Positions 11,001 through 25,900 of a stretch of DNA of 64,000 nt are shown in pieces. Position 1 is the first letter of the stretch. Each line of letters begins with the position of its first letter. The translations under genes were made by a program, and so were the position numbers. Origin of the DNA: Podarcis tiliguerta (Eukaryota); assembly GCA_965153285.1 (NCBI GenBank), contig OZ229113.1; one strand, 5' to 3'. Below the pieces are notes generated by a model. That model was not told the DNA's origin, ran no database searches, and was given only the letters and a program-made list of their open reading frames with translations.

Positions 11001-14000
11001 ATGTATCCTTACCTTCTACCGTATCCCTCTTGTAATCACTGTCATTGTCACTGTCAGTTGGTCGATAATAGATGTAAAAACCGTGAATTGGAGTATTGTT
11101 ATTGCTGGCTGAAATGTACTATAGAAAGGAGCAAAAGGCAGAAATTAACAAAAGAAGAAGAAGAGTTTGGATTTGATATCCCACTTTATCACTACCCGAA
11201 GGAGTCTCAAAGCGGCTCACATTCTCCTTTCCCTTCCTCCCCCACAACAAACACTCTGTGAGGTGAGTGAGGCTGAGACTTCAGAGAAGTGTGACTGGCC
11301 CAAGGTCACCCAGCAGCTGCATGTGGAGGAGCAGGGAATCAAACCCAGTTCACCAGATTATGAGTCCACCGCTCTTAACCACTACACCACAAAAGTGTTG
11401 GTGTTCATCGCAGAGGCAGAGAATAAGGCAGGACTGGGCAGACTTCTGGATTGTGGGATTTATTTCAGTGTGTATTGGAACACCAAGATCTGACAACGGC
11501 AAAATAATGGTAATGAGTGGAGCCAGGTGCAAAATGTATTTGTGAAGGCTTTTTAAGGAATAGGGCATTATGCAGCTTCAGTATTGCGATCCTCAGTAAA
11601 GCTGAACCCAAGGCTTAAATATTTTGCACAAGTTACACTTTGATGTTCTCTCTCATCATATGATGAATTGAACTATATATCTTGTTCTTTCAGCCCTGAA
11701 CACTATTATTTGGCAGGTGAGGAAAAGAGTTTAAAAAATCCATTATGATAGCACAGGATATGATAGCACTATAATTATCACTGTGATAGAACTCCTACTT
11801 TCACCACTTTATGGCCCTAGGGACAAGTTGCTGGGTATGTCATCTCTCTAGTGGAAGATATGGGGGGAAATATCCAGCAATTTGTGCTTACAACCAATTG
11901 CTGTCTTGTTTGGTTAAAGCAGGAGTTCTCAAAACTGTAGGGCAGATACATGGTCTTAAAGCAGGCCACTATTTCTCACTGTCAATCTTCAGCTCACTAC
12001 TCATTTTGTACTGCATATGAGCAGAGATACATCAAGCCCAGTACAGTCAATACTAATTGGCAGTATATCACTAGCAGTTTTATTTCCTAGCCCTGCGACT
12101 TGAAATCATTAGTGGATGATATCAGGGATTTACCCAGAGACTGTCATATATGCATGCAAACTACCAGGCAAGTGTTCTACCATTAAGCTACATAAAAAAG
12201 GGGACCTCTTTCTACTCTTCCCCTTTTCTATGTACCCATCATTTGCCTACTCATTCCTTATTCCTGCTGTTGTGTTCATATTAACCACTCAGAATCCATT
12301 GTTTGCAATGGATTTTCCCACAGGCAGGAAAATAGAGACGATTTGGGGCTGATGCATGAGAATCTACTAGCAATAAGCAGTTGGATAACTTTTTAAAACA
12401 TTTTTAACACTGACTATTCCCAGGCATAGGATATTGCAGTAGGAGAACAGGAGAAATAATGGGAAACTTTCCCACAATCGCTACAAACTGGGGAAAAATG
12501 TACAAGCTATAAAGAAAGGCACATATTTGTGTTTCAGATAGTGCATTGTCTATTTTTCTTTAGCCAAAGGAGACTACTCTGTAGAAGTTTGAGAACCTCT
12601 GTTTCAAAATGAATGCCAATATTAAAGCTATATGTGGACTTTGCAGAGGCTGGAAAGTGCTACATGTGATGGGTGGCTATATATGAGAGCAATAATACTG
12701 CTCATTTATGGAACTTTTAACTGAAATGCAATGAACACAAATGATCTAAGCCACAAAGTCAATAAAATCAAATGTGTGCTTGAGTGTTGAAACACAGAAC
12801 AGTAACACTATAAGTGCCCAGCACAATAGAGTAGAAGAAGGGAAGCAACAGAGAAACTTAAGGTAGTGATAATTAAAATTTGGCACTAGTTAGTATCAGC
12901 AGTGTTAACAGAAATAATAAGAAATCCTGTGCAATTTTACTGAGCACATTTTGCTACAGATGAAAAAAATTCCTGTCCCATCTTTTGAATTCTGGTCCCA
13001 GCTCCTGCCTCCCCTGCTTACCATCCACTTCAGCATGATGGTGGTCTCATTGATGGCATCCGTGAAGGTGATGTATGGCCCTGTGACAGGGCGCTCATAT
13101 ACACGGTTGCTGTAGCCCGATACCACATGTGGTTTAGATGGAGCACTTGGCTCGCTCTCCCCCAGTATGTTCAATGCTCGCACTCGAAATTTGTAGGATG
13201 TGCCTAGAATATGGAATGGAGAAACAATGCAGGAGAAAGGTGAGCAGACCTCTGACCTTGGTATTTTCCTTGTTCATCTCTTCCTGAAAACTCAGACATT
13301 CCACATTAGCAGGTGGCAAAATGACATACTTCAGAGATGGTGTTTCCTGACCTAATGAACTAAGAAACAAAATAGCAGCAAAAGTCTAATCTTGCTGCCC
13401 CAGACAATGACTGCTTTTTAAAAGGTTCAGGTGTTTTTTTAACCTGGTCTGAATGGTCAAGAGATCACATTTGCTACCTTACTTCAGATGCACAGAAGAG
13501 ACTGAGTGCTAATGTACATGCTAGATGCCAACAAGTGTAAAGAACAGTTGGTCTATGGCTTTTGTCTTTGCACGAAAAGCTGCTTTAGGGTGGAAGTTTG
13601 GAGAAATGGATACAAGGACACACACAATTAACCATTTTTCTTCCTGCCATTTCTTCAAAATTGTATTTGTGAGGGTAAACAAAGGCTTGAAATCTTGCAG
13701 TGAGGGAAGATACTAGGGACGTGGGTGACTTTGTAGAGCCATAAAACTGTAGACTTGGGCATGGGCGTAGCCAGGCTTTATGTTAGGGGGGAAGAACCTC
13801 AGTTAGTTATTTTGTATTGATTTACTTGGTTTGGGGGGGGGCAGCTGCCCCTCCCAGCCCCCCTTTGGCTACACCCATGGACTAGGGATGGATCCCCTGC
13901 TTAATCTAGGACTCTTGCAACTACAGCATCTCTGTGGACACTGCCCCCACCCCCGGCAGCTTCAACTTAAATACCTCCAGCAGTGAGCCCACCATCTCCT

Positions 14001-17000
14001 GAGGCAATCTGTTCCACTTGAAGTGGGGAAACAGCAAGCAGGGAAAGGGTTAAGCTTCCACTCACATGCACACACGTTTCTGTTCCTAACTGACCCATCT
14101 GCGGTAGCTTTCCGTGTGAAAAAAGAGAATTGTTGGGCTGCCATTAGATACATTTGCAGGTAATATTAGTTTGGCATGGATACAGTGATTCAAAGCTTTT
14201 GGTCTCTGCAGAATAATTTCAGGATTAAAGAAAGCATCTGCAGAATTTCACATTTCTCCGGAAGAGGACCACGAATTGCTAGCCAACTCTGAAATGACCT
14301 TTTCTCCTTGGCATGGGTAATGGTTTCTGTAGCAGCAGGCAAGATAGGAAGCCACTATTAAGTCTTTCCAAGGACCATAGGAAGCCTATATGCTGGGAAT
14401 AGAAGATCTCCTACCTTTCTCTAGTCCTGCAATTTCCACAGAGAGACGCGAAGGGTGGATGTCACTTGTGGCCAGGACCCAGTCCCCCATCTTCTTCAGT
14501 TTCTTATATTCTACTCGGAATGACTGAATGGGGAAGCCTCCATTTCCACGGGGGATCCAAGTCACATAGACAGATGTCTCAGAAGCCATTGAGATGGTGG
14601 GGCGATCTGGAGCCTCAGGAGCTGTAAGGAAAAGAAGAATAACATTAGCAGAGATACAACCAGCTTTAGATTGGGAAAGCTGGGCTGTAGTGAACTTTCC
14701 TTGCAAGATGAAATAGTGTGCTAGAGAGAGGGAGAAGACAATTGGAAAGGGGGAGAGAAAAGGTGTTCTTGCTACCATGGTATATATTTTTATATTGTAA
14801 ACCACCCTATGATCCTTGGATGAAGGGCAGTATAGAAATTTAATAAATAATAATAATAAAGGTGCGCACACGGACAAGTTGGACTTGGTAAAAAGAGTCC
14901 TCTTGAAATTGCATATTTTTTCAAGGCTCCTCACACCGCAACGATCATAATCAAATCACTATTTGTTGGAAGCGTTGCATGGAGTGTGGAGCAGGCTTGT
15001 TTTCTCCTGCTCCGGCGGGTAGGACCTGAACCAATGGCTTCAAGTTACAAGGAAGGAGATTCTGACTAAACATCAGAAAGAACTGTTTGACAGTGAACAG
15101 ACTCCCTCAGAAAGTGGTGGACTCTCCTTCCTTAGAGGCTTCTAAGCAGAGGCTGGGTGACCATCTGTCATCGATGCTTTAGTTCAGATTCCTGCATTAC
15201 AGGGGATTGTACTAGATGACCCTCACAGTCTCTTCCAACTCTATGATTCTATGATTTGCTCACTATCATATTACTAGACCATTTGTCTTGATAGGTGCTT
15301 GTTGCCAGTAAAACAGACTTTGAAGAGCAACATGGCCTAATAAGGACTGGACAGAAGCAGCAGAGATAAGCAAACTCCTTTCCTGTTGCTTGTGCCAGGC
15401 TTGTCTTTTTCTCATTCACACCACCATCTTTCCCAGCTCTCCTCCCCCCAAAAATAACCAGACTTCTAGAGCCAGTAAACCCTTTCTGCCGCAAGTCTGA
15501 AAATGGCCTTACGGGACAGGCGAGTGTTGTCGGATTGGTTGCTGCTCCGAGAGCTGGTGCCAGGGTCATCCTTCTGAATCTGCTGCTCTTTGCTGGCTAT
15601 GATATCTGGTTTGGGTCGACGTCCTAAGCAAGACAAAAACAGCAATGATGGCATGAGATAAACTTTTAGTGTCTTATTGCTCTGAATGATAAATTTCACC
15701 AACATTCTGTGGCGGCTTACATTCCATGGATGTAACTACGCCTTATTAACATCATCATCATCATCATCATCATCATTGAAAGCAAATTTCTTTCTTTTTT
15801 CTTTAAAGAAGAGTTTGGATTTGATATCCTGCTTTATCACTACCCGAAGGAATCTCAAAGCGGCTAACATTCTCCTTTCCCTTCCTCCCCCACAACAAAC
15901 ACTCTGTGAGGTGAGTGGGGCTGAGAGACTTCAGAGAAGTGTGACTGGCCCAAGGTCACCCAGCAGCTGCATGTGGAGGAGCGGAGACGCGAACCCGGTT
16001 CACCAGATTACGAGTACACCGCTCTTAACCACTACACCTCACTGGCTCTCTTGAAAGCAAATTTCTAAATGACAAAGCCTTCAGCATCAGGAGAAGAAGA
16101 GAATTTACAACTCATGGGAAAGTACTATATCTTTACCGGTCCTGAAGGTCACCATTGCTGTCTGCCCCTCTCCAGCACAGTTGTAGGCAGACATCTCCAC
16201 CTCATACAAACTTCCTGGGTCCAGTTTTATTAGAGTCAGATGATGCTGGTTGGCAGGGACATCCCTGACTGTCCAGCTGTCTGAAGAATTCATTACCTGT
16301 TGAAGGACAAGGAACAAGCACACCTATGAGTGGATTCAATTACCTTCACCTTATTATGGATAAAAGGATTATGGAGCATTTTTAGCCAAAGCAAGATCTA
16401 AATAAACTTGTTGCTGGCATCTGGATATCTTGAGATACAATAAAGTGCAGGGATGAAGTCAAACTGCTGTGTTAACAGCACCAAAGTAAACTCCCCAGGG
16501 CACAAGCAAGTACAGAGGTCCTGGGCTGTCCATATGACAAGACCCCTGCTCTCTCAGCCTTGTTGAAAAGGAAAGCAGAGTAATATGCTTGGCACTAGGA
16601 GTTGTCGGAAGGAGGTGTACAAGGCATCACCCAACCATGTTAGGAACTCCACTTTGGACTTTTGTTCGGTCTACTCCTTAACCGTTTTCTCCCAAAGATA
16701 TCCCCCAAGGCAGCAGAGGTTTAGGATCAGAGTTCTCCTTCTCTTAGATGGGCTACTTTTCCAGGCTGATAAGCCCCATCTGCTCCTCACTACAGCACAA
16801 GCAGAAATAAAGCCTAAGGAAATGCAACTGAAACAAGTGCATTATTGCTTCATTTTTTAACCCACCTCTCCTTTCCTCCGCTTCCTTTATGTTTTTCCCA
16901 GTGTAAATTTTAGATTGTCTTGTATTCTGCAAAGTGTCATGCATACTGGCAAGAGCAGTTTGGATTTGAGTAGTAATGACAACAGAAAGAATGCTATGAC

Positions 17001-19961
17001 AAGTAAATTCTCAGAAGCATTAAGCTACTTTGCAGCATTATCTTATTAAATTGATGCCACTCAGAGGAACCCCTTCACAATTCCATGTTGTAACAGAAAC
17101 TCCTGCTAATAGCAATTGAGAATTATAAAATAAAATTGTTTAAACATGTGTGCTACATATATAAAATAATCACTGGCAAACTGGTGTGAGATAACATAGG
17201 AATAAAGTAACACAGGAAGCTGCCTGTTATCTAGCTCATAACGGTTTACACTGGTTGGCAATGGCTCTCTCCTACCAGGAGATTCTGGGAACTACAGAAC
17301 CTGGAACCTTTTGAATGCAATACAAGTACTTGATTACTGAACTACAGCCCTTCTATCTGAGTAGAAGAAGATGAAGATTATTAGCTATTTCCCAGTCCAA
17401 AAATAACCATATGACAATGAAAGAAAAGTCAGCTGCAGAGCTGTATCATCAAGAATTAGAGGGGGGAAAACAACACCCTCAAGGGAGAGAACTTCAATGT
17501 CTACTTAGCAGCTGCAAGCTAAACAGGTTGTGCATCTGTGCATTTACCAAACAGTTACCGGTTGTATCCAATTGTGTCCCTCCACTCACTGCAGGCTCTT
17601 AGCTCCAGTGAAAGTTTCCGTGAATGTGACAAAGAGGGAGGCATTTATTTATTTTTGCAAATATCCCCTTTGTCTGGAACAGATCGGGGGGGGGGGGGAC
17701 ATAGGGGACTGGAAAAAGATGAGGAATCGCTGAAAACTATCATCCTCACATCCATAGGTGAAAGGCACTTATAGGCTACAGTGCCTTCTTTGAATTGGAA
17801 ACAACCCTACAATTTTGTCCTAAAAAAGAAAATGGAACATCCTATTTTGCCTTCAATAGGAAAAGGAGACCATGCCATATTTATCACAGATATTTGTAGA
17901 CAAACCTGCAATCTGAAACGAGCAGAACTACTTGTCTACTGGCAAATGACTGAATTCTGGTATTTGATACCCACTGCTACTAATTGCCTCAATCAATTGA
18001 CATATGAGGTAGGTACCACTTCTCCATTCACCACTATTCCCATCTCCCAAGGGCTATGTAATCACAATGTTATAATTTGTGCTGTGGATGTATTGAACAA
18101 AGCTGCACAGGGTTAACGAGTCTTCAGTGCTATCTTTAGTTAAAAGATTTCTAAGCAGTCCAGGTTATTTAGTTAGCACATGCAGTACACGTGGGCACTC
18201 CATAAACTGGATGGTATCAAAGGCCTGGAAACGATGCCTTATGAGGAGCGGCTAAGGGAGCTGGGCATGTTTAGCCTGGAGAAGAGGAGGTTAAGGGGTG
18301 ATATGATAGCCATGTTCAAATATATAAAAGGATGTCACATAGAGGAGGGAGAAAGGTTGTTTTCTGCTGCTCCAGAGAAGCGGACACGGAGCAATGGATC
18401 CAAACTACAAGAAAGAAGTTTCCACCTAAACATTAGGAAGAACTTCCTGACAGTAAGAGCTGTTTGACAGTGGAATTTGCTGCCAAGGAGTGTGGTGGAA
18501 TCTCCTCCTTTGGAGGTTTTTAAGCAGAGGTTGACAACCATATGTCAGGAGTGCTCTGATGGTGTTTCCTGCTTGGCAGGGGGTTGGACTCGATGGCCCT
18601 TGTGGTCTCTTCCAACTCTATGATTCTATGATTCAATGCAGAATACATCCACTGAAATAAATTAACATTACTTAGTCCTATCCATTGTTTTCCGTAAGTC
18701 ATATCTGAGTATGACTTAGCTGGATAAAACTCTCTGAAATGCACTTACACCTCAAGTAAGCACATGTCAGAATAGATTTATTGAAACAAGCTATGATATA
18801 ATCATATCATATCATATAATCATAATCATGATATGTTTATTCAGAATTTGGCTAAACCCAGCTTCTCCTTTACATAAAGCCCATTTCAGGGTGTCTGTCT
18901 GGTTACCAGCCACGCAAATGAAAGTGATAGCAGGGTTAACAGGAACAGTTTCCTTCTGTAAAGACCTTTAAGATACAAGAAAGAATCTCCAGCTGAGAAT
19001 TTGCTCTGTGCTGGAAACATATTAGTCCTAAGTGCAGTGAACCATAGTGACTCCCTCTGACCCAAGAGCCTTCCAGCTGAAGCAACTGAAAAAAGAGAGA
19101 CCACAACCAACGAACAAAGCAAGGAAGGTACATGCAGCAAGCTAAGATGCCATGATGGTCTGGAATCATTACTTTACTGGAATCTGTCTTATGGTAAGGA
19201 TAAGTTCATCAAAAGAGGAGGGAGGGTAGTGGGAGGGGAAGAAATGCCCCAGACTAAGTAAAGTATGTGCATAATCCCAGGGTTATGTATATCCTGGGTT
19301 TGCCCCTGTTCACTGATACATACATCTCTGCAGTTCTCTCTCCCATGCTGATCTCAAACTTGCACCAAAGCCCCCACGTCCTTATGCCTGTTCCTTATGC
19401 TGCTATCACTCACTGAAATTCAGAGACCGCACACAGGACAAATATCCTGCCCAACCAAAAGATGGGCTGCTGCTACCTAAACTGGCAAGAAAGTGTAAGC
19501 TAAACAGAGCTTTCCAGAGAAACTGTAATTCAGCATCATTATCAGAAACCAGTTAAAAAGGAATGTGCTAACCTTGCGATGTTTTACAACATAGTAGAGG
19601 ACTGGGGCTTTGCCATCATGCCGTGGTTTCCACAACAGCTCGTATGAATCCGTTTTAGTAGTCCGGGGAGAGCTAAGGATGACTGGGGCCTCAGCTGGAG
19701 ACACCAACTCTTTGGTAGTACATTGAACAGACACGGATGGTATCGTGGGCCTGGGTCTTAGGAAGTTTGCTTTGTCTTTCAGCATTTTTTCACTGTTGCT
19801 AAGCAGGGTAGGTGACAAGGCAGACTGAGGTGAATCGGCAACAGAACCTTGCTGTGGCTTCAGAGTTGTTCCTAGAAGGCAAGAGAGATGTTTTGAACAA
19901 ATGCTGGAGCACTAACACATGTCTTAAAACTGACACCCACTTACTCCCAACTATCAGGAAA

Positions 19962-19997
<36 letters not shown>

Positions 19998-22900
19998 CTA
20001 TCTAGATTATTAGGGTTTTCTTAGCACTGCAATAGAATAACACCCATCAAGTTCAATTCCTGCATTCTGTCTCCCACGGCTATAAACTACTACATGAGTC
20101 TTCAGTTGGCTTTAGGCTTCTACCTTTTAACTTAAGAAGCCTAATTTTTTCATAGGCTTTTGGCTTCTTTAAAAGATAGAAAGTCTGCTTTAGGTAGCCA
20201 GAGGGGAAGTTCTAAGCACCTGGGATTTGGGTGCACTAGGCATCAGCCTACTCTTGTCTACACAAAATCCAAATACTGTCTCAGTGACACCAATGAGAAC
20301 ATCTTGGCTGTGAGTCCTGGAAGACCTGCTCCCTGCCTCGCAGGCCTTTTCCCACTTAGCCTGGGAGGGTGGGGCCCAGACTGACTCCAGCTACAAAAGC
20401 TCTTGGGCTGGGGCACTGTTTAGGGGGGTTTATTTTGCGGGAAATTGTTGCTGTTGGTTTTTTTGTATTTTTATTTTAGATCTTCTTGTAATTTCTGTGG
20501 AAACTGTTCAGTTCGGTTCTGTCTGTTTAATTTTTTTATTGTTTATGTTGTAGTTTTATATTTTGTTCATGTTGTAACCCACCTTGAGCATGGTTTGAAC
20601 TGTGGAAGAGTGGCATACAAATAAAGTTATGTATGTATGTATGTATGTATGTTAAATTCATTAAATTCCGGGTACATCTGACTCAGTCCCTTTACAAATT
20701 ATGTTCTGGTTGGAGAATTTTAATTTGTGCAGTTTTATTTTGGCAGAGAATGGGGTTTCTAATGAACAAACAATAGAGAAAGAGTGGTGTCAGAAAAGAG
20801 ACATCTGTCATGTTTGTCACAATCACCTATTTTATCACTTCAGGACTGAATTTTTACAAATATTTTGATTTTTGTAAGCTGCTTTTAGTGTTGCTATTGC
20901 AGCTGAAGTGTGGAGGGTAATTCAGACACCTAATACATAAGTGAATGGACAGATAAAAAATTTAAGAAGCTCAGTCCATGAAACAGAGCTATGCAGGGAA
21001 AGCAACTTTCCCCCTAAGTACTGAGGGACCTACTCAAGATACAACCTGCATATGTTCAGGTTCATTTCTCCAATACCCTGAAAGCCACACTTCTGAGAAG
21101 TAGGAATCTCAGGAAGTTCCTTTCCAGATCAGAAACTAACTTGAGCTGCATGACTTGGCATAAACAGAGAATGAGCAGCCCCATGTATAGACAGAAACAC
21201 TCCTAATACTAATAGCAATGAGATACTATTTAGGGAAGTTTTTAATGTTTAATGCTGTATTGTGCTTTTAATATTCGGTTGGGAGCCGCCCAGAGTGGCT
21301 GGGGAAACCCAGCCAGATGGGTGAGGTGTAAACAACAACATTATTATTATTATACTTACTTTTGCTGTTCAAAGTGCTTTACAATTATTATTTCATTATC
21401 CCTATATGAACCTTTTGAACTTCACTTTGGACTTACCAGGCCCAGTAGTCCTCAGCTGAACCATAGCCTGTGCACTCCCCACTTCATTCTCTGCCATGCA
21501 CTGATATATCCCTTCATCCTCAGGCCCCACACTGGAGACACGTAGGGCCTTGCGAGAGAGTTGCATTCGGTGGCTGGAGAAGAGAGGAACTGCATTACGC
21601 AGCCACACAACTGATGGCTGGGGGTTCCCCCGAACCTTGCAGGTGAACTTTGCACTTTGTCCCCATGAGATGATCTGCTGAGATAGTTCCATGACAACCT
21701 CTGGGGGTTCTGAAAAGGAAATAGAGTTACAATTCAGGTGTGAGGACGACCATTCACCTCTGAAACAGGCAGAACTGAAATATTTGTAGCTACATAACGG
21801 GGTTATGAAGACAGGAATACCCAAACCTATTTATTCTTCTGCACAGCCATTAAGTGTCCTACAAGTAGATCCTCCACGTATTTCAAAAGTAATCTTTCGG
21901 AGATCATAGAATAATAGAATCTTACGAGTTGGAAGGGACCCAAGGGTCATCTAGTCCAACCCCCTGCAATGCAGGAATCTCAGCTAAAGCATCCATGACA
22001 AATGGGCAGTCACTATGCTCTTCTACGACCACAGGCTCTAGACCAGAAAACTAATGGACCTCTCCATTAATTAAATCTCTTCCAAGAGCTACCTGATCCA
22101 GGTTCTTGGGCAAAGGACCTGGGTAAAACCTTCATGTGTTGAATTTTGTAAATCAACTCCTTCAAGAACAATTGTCTGTTTTGTGTATTTCTTTTATATG
22201 CATGTACACCAGGTAATCCTATCAAATTGGGCTTATTATGCAGGTAGATGAAGCAGCCTTCCTGATTGGCCAGGGATTTCCTAGCCTGCATTAGCTTATA
22301 GTCCAGACATTTATTTCCTTTAAAAAGGAAATGCCTCTGTCTTTTTGCTTGATCATTAAGCTTGGCATACTATATGTTGATATCTCTTTAATTTCTTTGT
22401 GAGAGACTCAAAGGACCAAATTCAACCAAGGATCTTTAAATTACAGTTCAGCTAAAAGCTCCTGCCTGCTTTTCACAGCACATTCCATCTAGCTTAGAAC
22501 ATTTTTAGTTACTGAATACCATTTTCTGTCTTTTTGATTATATTTATGTGTGTGCGCCTAGAATTACTGTGCCTCAATAAATAACTCAGTTTTAATCCTC
22601 TGGCTCTTTTTTGGAAAGTCAAAGCTTTGGCTCTGCCCTCAAAGCTTACTTAGGCAGGTATTAGGAGTTAGGCCCCTGAGTGAAATCTAAGCTGGAGGAA
22701 TTTTGCTTGTGAGCATTAAATTTCACCTCAAAAACAGTTCTGAAATATATGACCATGTGAGCAGTCTCCAGACCATGGTTATAGCTGCTGGGTCTAACAG
22801 GAGAGAAGAGGGAGGAAAATGAAGTTGTACTCACCAAACACTTGAACATTGTAGAGAATGAATGCTGCCGCAGCCTCACCCATGCCATTGTCAGCCATAC

Positions 22901-25900
22901 AACTGTAGGTCCCTGAGTCTTCCTCACTGATTGCATCAATTAGGAGATTGCTGAGAAGGAATCGAGTCTTGTTGTAGCCAGAGACATTGGAGCCATCCTT
23001 AGCCCATGTGACACGTGGAGGTGGAATCCCACTAGCCACACATTCAAGGATTAGAGTTTGACCCTTAGTGACAATGATGGTCTGAGCCTCTGGGGGATAA
23101 ATTATGCGAGCTGCCTCAGCTGTGGAGCCTAGTGCCAAGAGAGAAATCAGTGAAACAAAAGTATGACAGTCTGGTAGAACAGGAAAAGATGCACTATGTA
23201 AGCAGAAAAGCCTATTGGGGTGAAAAAGCCACTAAACAGGAAGTTTCACCAACTGGAATTTCACCAACTCTGCTATCAACAACTTCATCACTCCATATAT
23301 AATACCAAAAGCAACAGAAAATGTACAATGAAGCCTTATGCTTGTGAGATAAGCTACTGCTACCTGCACTGCAAGAGGATACTTTGAATTTAACACTCCT
23401 GTATAGAAAGCAAGCTCTCAAATATGAAGGGCTTGTGTAAAACATGCAGTTTAAAAAAGGACTGCATTTGGTGGCACCTGCAAAATGGGACCACCACCTT
23501 AAGACAGCCTGAAGCCAGTGAACCCAAATATTTGGAAGAAGTGACTTACGTCTCACACGGAGTTTCTCGCTAGACACAGATGTTTTTACTTCCTGGGTGA
23601 TAGGGTTGTAGGCCGCACATTTGTAAGTTCCCTCATCGTCTTGGCTTGCATTGACTATCTGAAGATTCCCAGATGGCATGATCAGATAGTTATCTGTTAA
23701 GATAAAGGAGCAAGAGATTCCTAAGGCAGGGAACATCCGTATTATACAATTTCTAGCATACTGTAAACACAAAAGGAACATTATTGAATAATAATAAGAG
23801 GAGCAGAAGAAGTTTCCAGCTAAGATTGAGAGAAAGAAAATGGTGGGTGGTTGGAAAAATGGAATAAAAAGATTGAGTTAAAAAAAATCAGCTTTAATTC
23901 TCATGGCAAACCTAGTATGATAATTAGGACATCATTTGGTTTTATTATTAAAATAAGGGATTCACTCATCCTCCAAGCACTTCCCAGCTTTCAGATATTT
24001 CTTTCACAGGTATATTTTTAGTGCTTCAAGAAAGTTACAGGACAGTCAAGAAATTGCTCCTGGGTGAGGACCGAAATGTGGAGTCATGAAAAACCATGTC
24101 TACTATACAGAAAGCCATAGCCCTTAAGAGAACTCAGAAAAATGATTGTACAGATCAGCCCAAAGGTAAAGGTAAAGGTACCCCTGCCCGTACGTGCCAG
24201 TCTTGACAGACTCTAGGGTTGTGCGCCCATCTCACTCAAAGAGGCCGGGGGCCAGCGCTGTCCGAAGACACTTCCAGGTCACGTGGCCAGCGTGACATCG
24301 CTGCTCTGGCGAGCCAGAGCCGCACACAGAAACGCCGTTTACCTTCCCGCTATTAAGCGGTCCCTATTTATCTACCTGCACTTACGGGTGCTTTCGGACT
24401 GCTAGGTTGGCAGGCGCTGGGACCGAACAACGGGAGCGCACCCCGCCGCAGGGATTCGAACCACCGACCTTTTGATCGGCAAGCCCTAGGCGCTGAGGCT
24501 TTAACCCACAGCGCCACCCGCCCAAAAGGCACAGTCAAAGGTGTAGGGAGGGGTAAAAACTGACTAGAAGGTAAGTAAGATATAAAGCAGACACCAATTC
24601 CAGTTTCTCTTCCTTTGTAAGTCAGTCACAACTCACCTCTGGAGACCTCCAGCCATTCATGTTTCACACTGTAGCGAACCTGGGCCTTTGGGTGGCTTTC
24701 AGGAAGATCACAGGCAATTACGGCTGTATTTCCCTCATCAACTTCTATCACATGCTGGCCATCGTATTTGAAGTCTTTGAGATCTGTTTAAGAGGATAGC
24801 AACAGGATCTGTTAAAAGCTGAACTGCTGGGCTACACACATGGGAGAAAAGTAACAGTGGTGGACAATGTAAGTAGATTAAAAAGAATCACAAGGGGGGT
24901 GCTCAAGGATTTGCATTTATTACAAACTGAGGAAGCTTATATCCTTTTCATGAGATTATATCACAATCTCATGTACTGTTGAAAAACTCCAAGAACCATA
25001 GCATATGCAGGTGTCTCAAATATGACCATTTCTTATGCCCCAAGTGCTCGTTCTTTCCTAACCTCCTGATCTTAAACCTAGAAATAAAGAACAAACTGCA
25101 TGCTGGAAGGTAACATGGGGTTCTAAGCTCTCCATTTCCTTTGCAATACTGTACTATTGTAGAATGCTTACTTGTAAGAAGTGCAGGCGGACAAGAGGAG
25201 GGTACTTAATCTTCCCTCTCTCCTCTCCCACCTTCCACATTCAGTCCAGCAAATTTTAAATGTCAAGTTTTAAATATTTTTCTTTAGCTGGGCTCCACAA
25301 CAAGCCTAGGCAGGAGAAACATGGCCTGGGTGGGATGTTTTCAGGATAGAAATTGGATTCACAGGAGGAGTTACGCCACACTGCCATCTGTCTTCCAATC
25401 TCCCCTTTGCAAATAGCTCCAATATTCCCATCTCCTTGACAATATGTGGGTAGGACGACGCTTTTGCCAATGTGACACCTAGTTCACTGATATCAATAGG
25501 ATTTACATGCAAGTGTGCTTGAGAGTGCAGCCTTTGTGTCTCCAGGAGTCATTTGGGGAGTTTCCTGTAGGCATGGTCCTGTTTTCATGGTGTACAATGG
25601 ATGTACGTATGCAGTTGTTGGGCAAAGGCAGTATGCCATTAAGCAAATCATAATGCCTCTGGATTGATTGATTGATTGACTGACTGACTGATTGACTTTT
25701 AACTGAAACAGATTGAACAGCCCAACTGATTTTTCACTTGTCATCTTCTGTTTTCTTTATTCTTATAACTATCTAATTTCTCTGCCACATCAAATAGGAG
25801 TGTAGACTAGAGCTTATCTCTTTTTTAAAAAGGTCAGCAGAATTATTGAAATTATCCATTATGACCATATGATTTCCAAATACATTGCTTTGCAATTTAC

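Noticed and set aside
14386-14934. 182-aa ORF, and similarly 23212-23781, as longer BOC exons
   Set aside because: Only the parts bounded by splice sites match BOC; the extensions are intron or L2-tail read-through.
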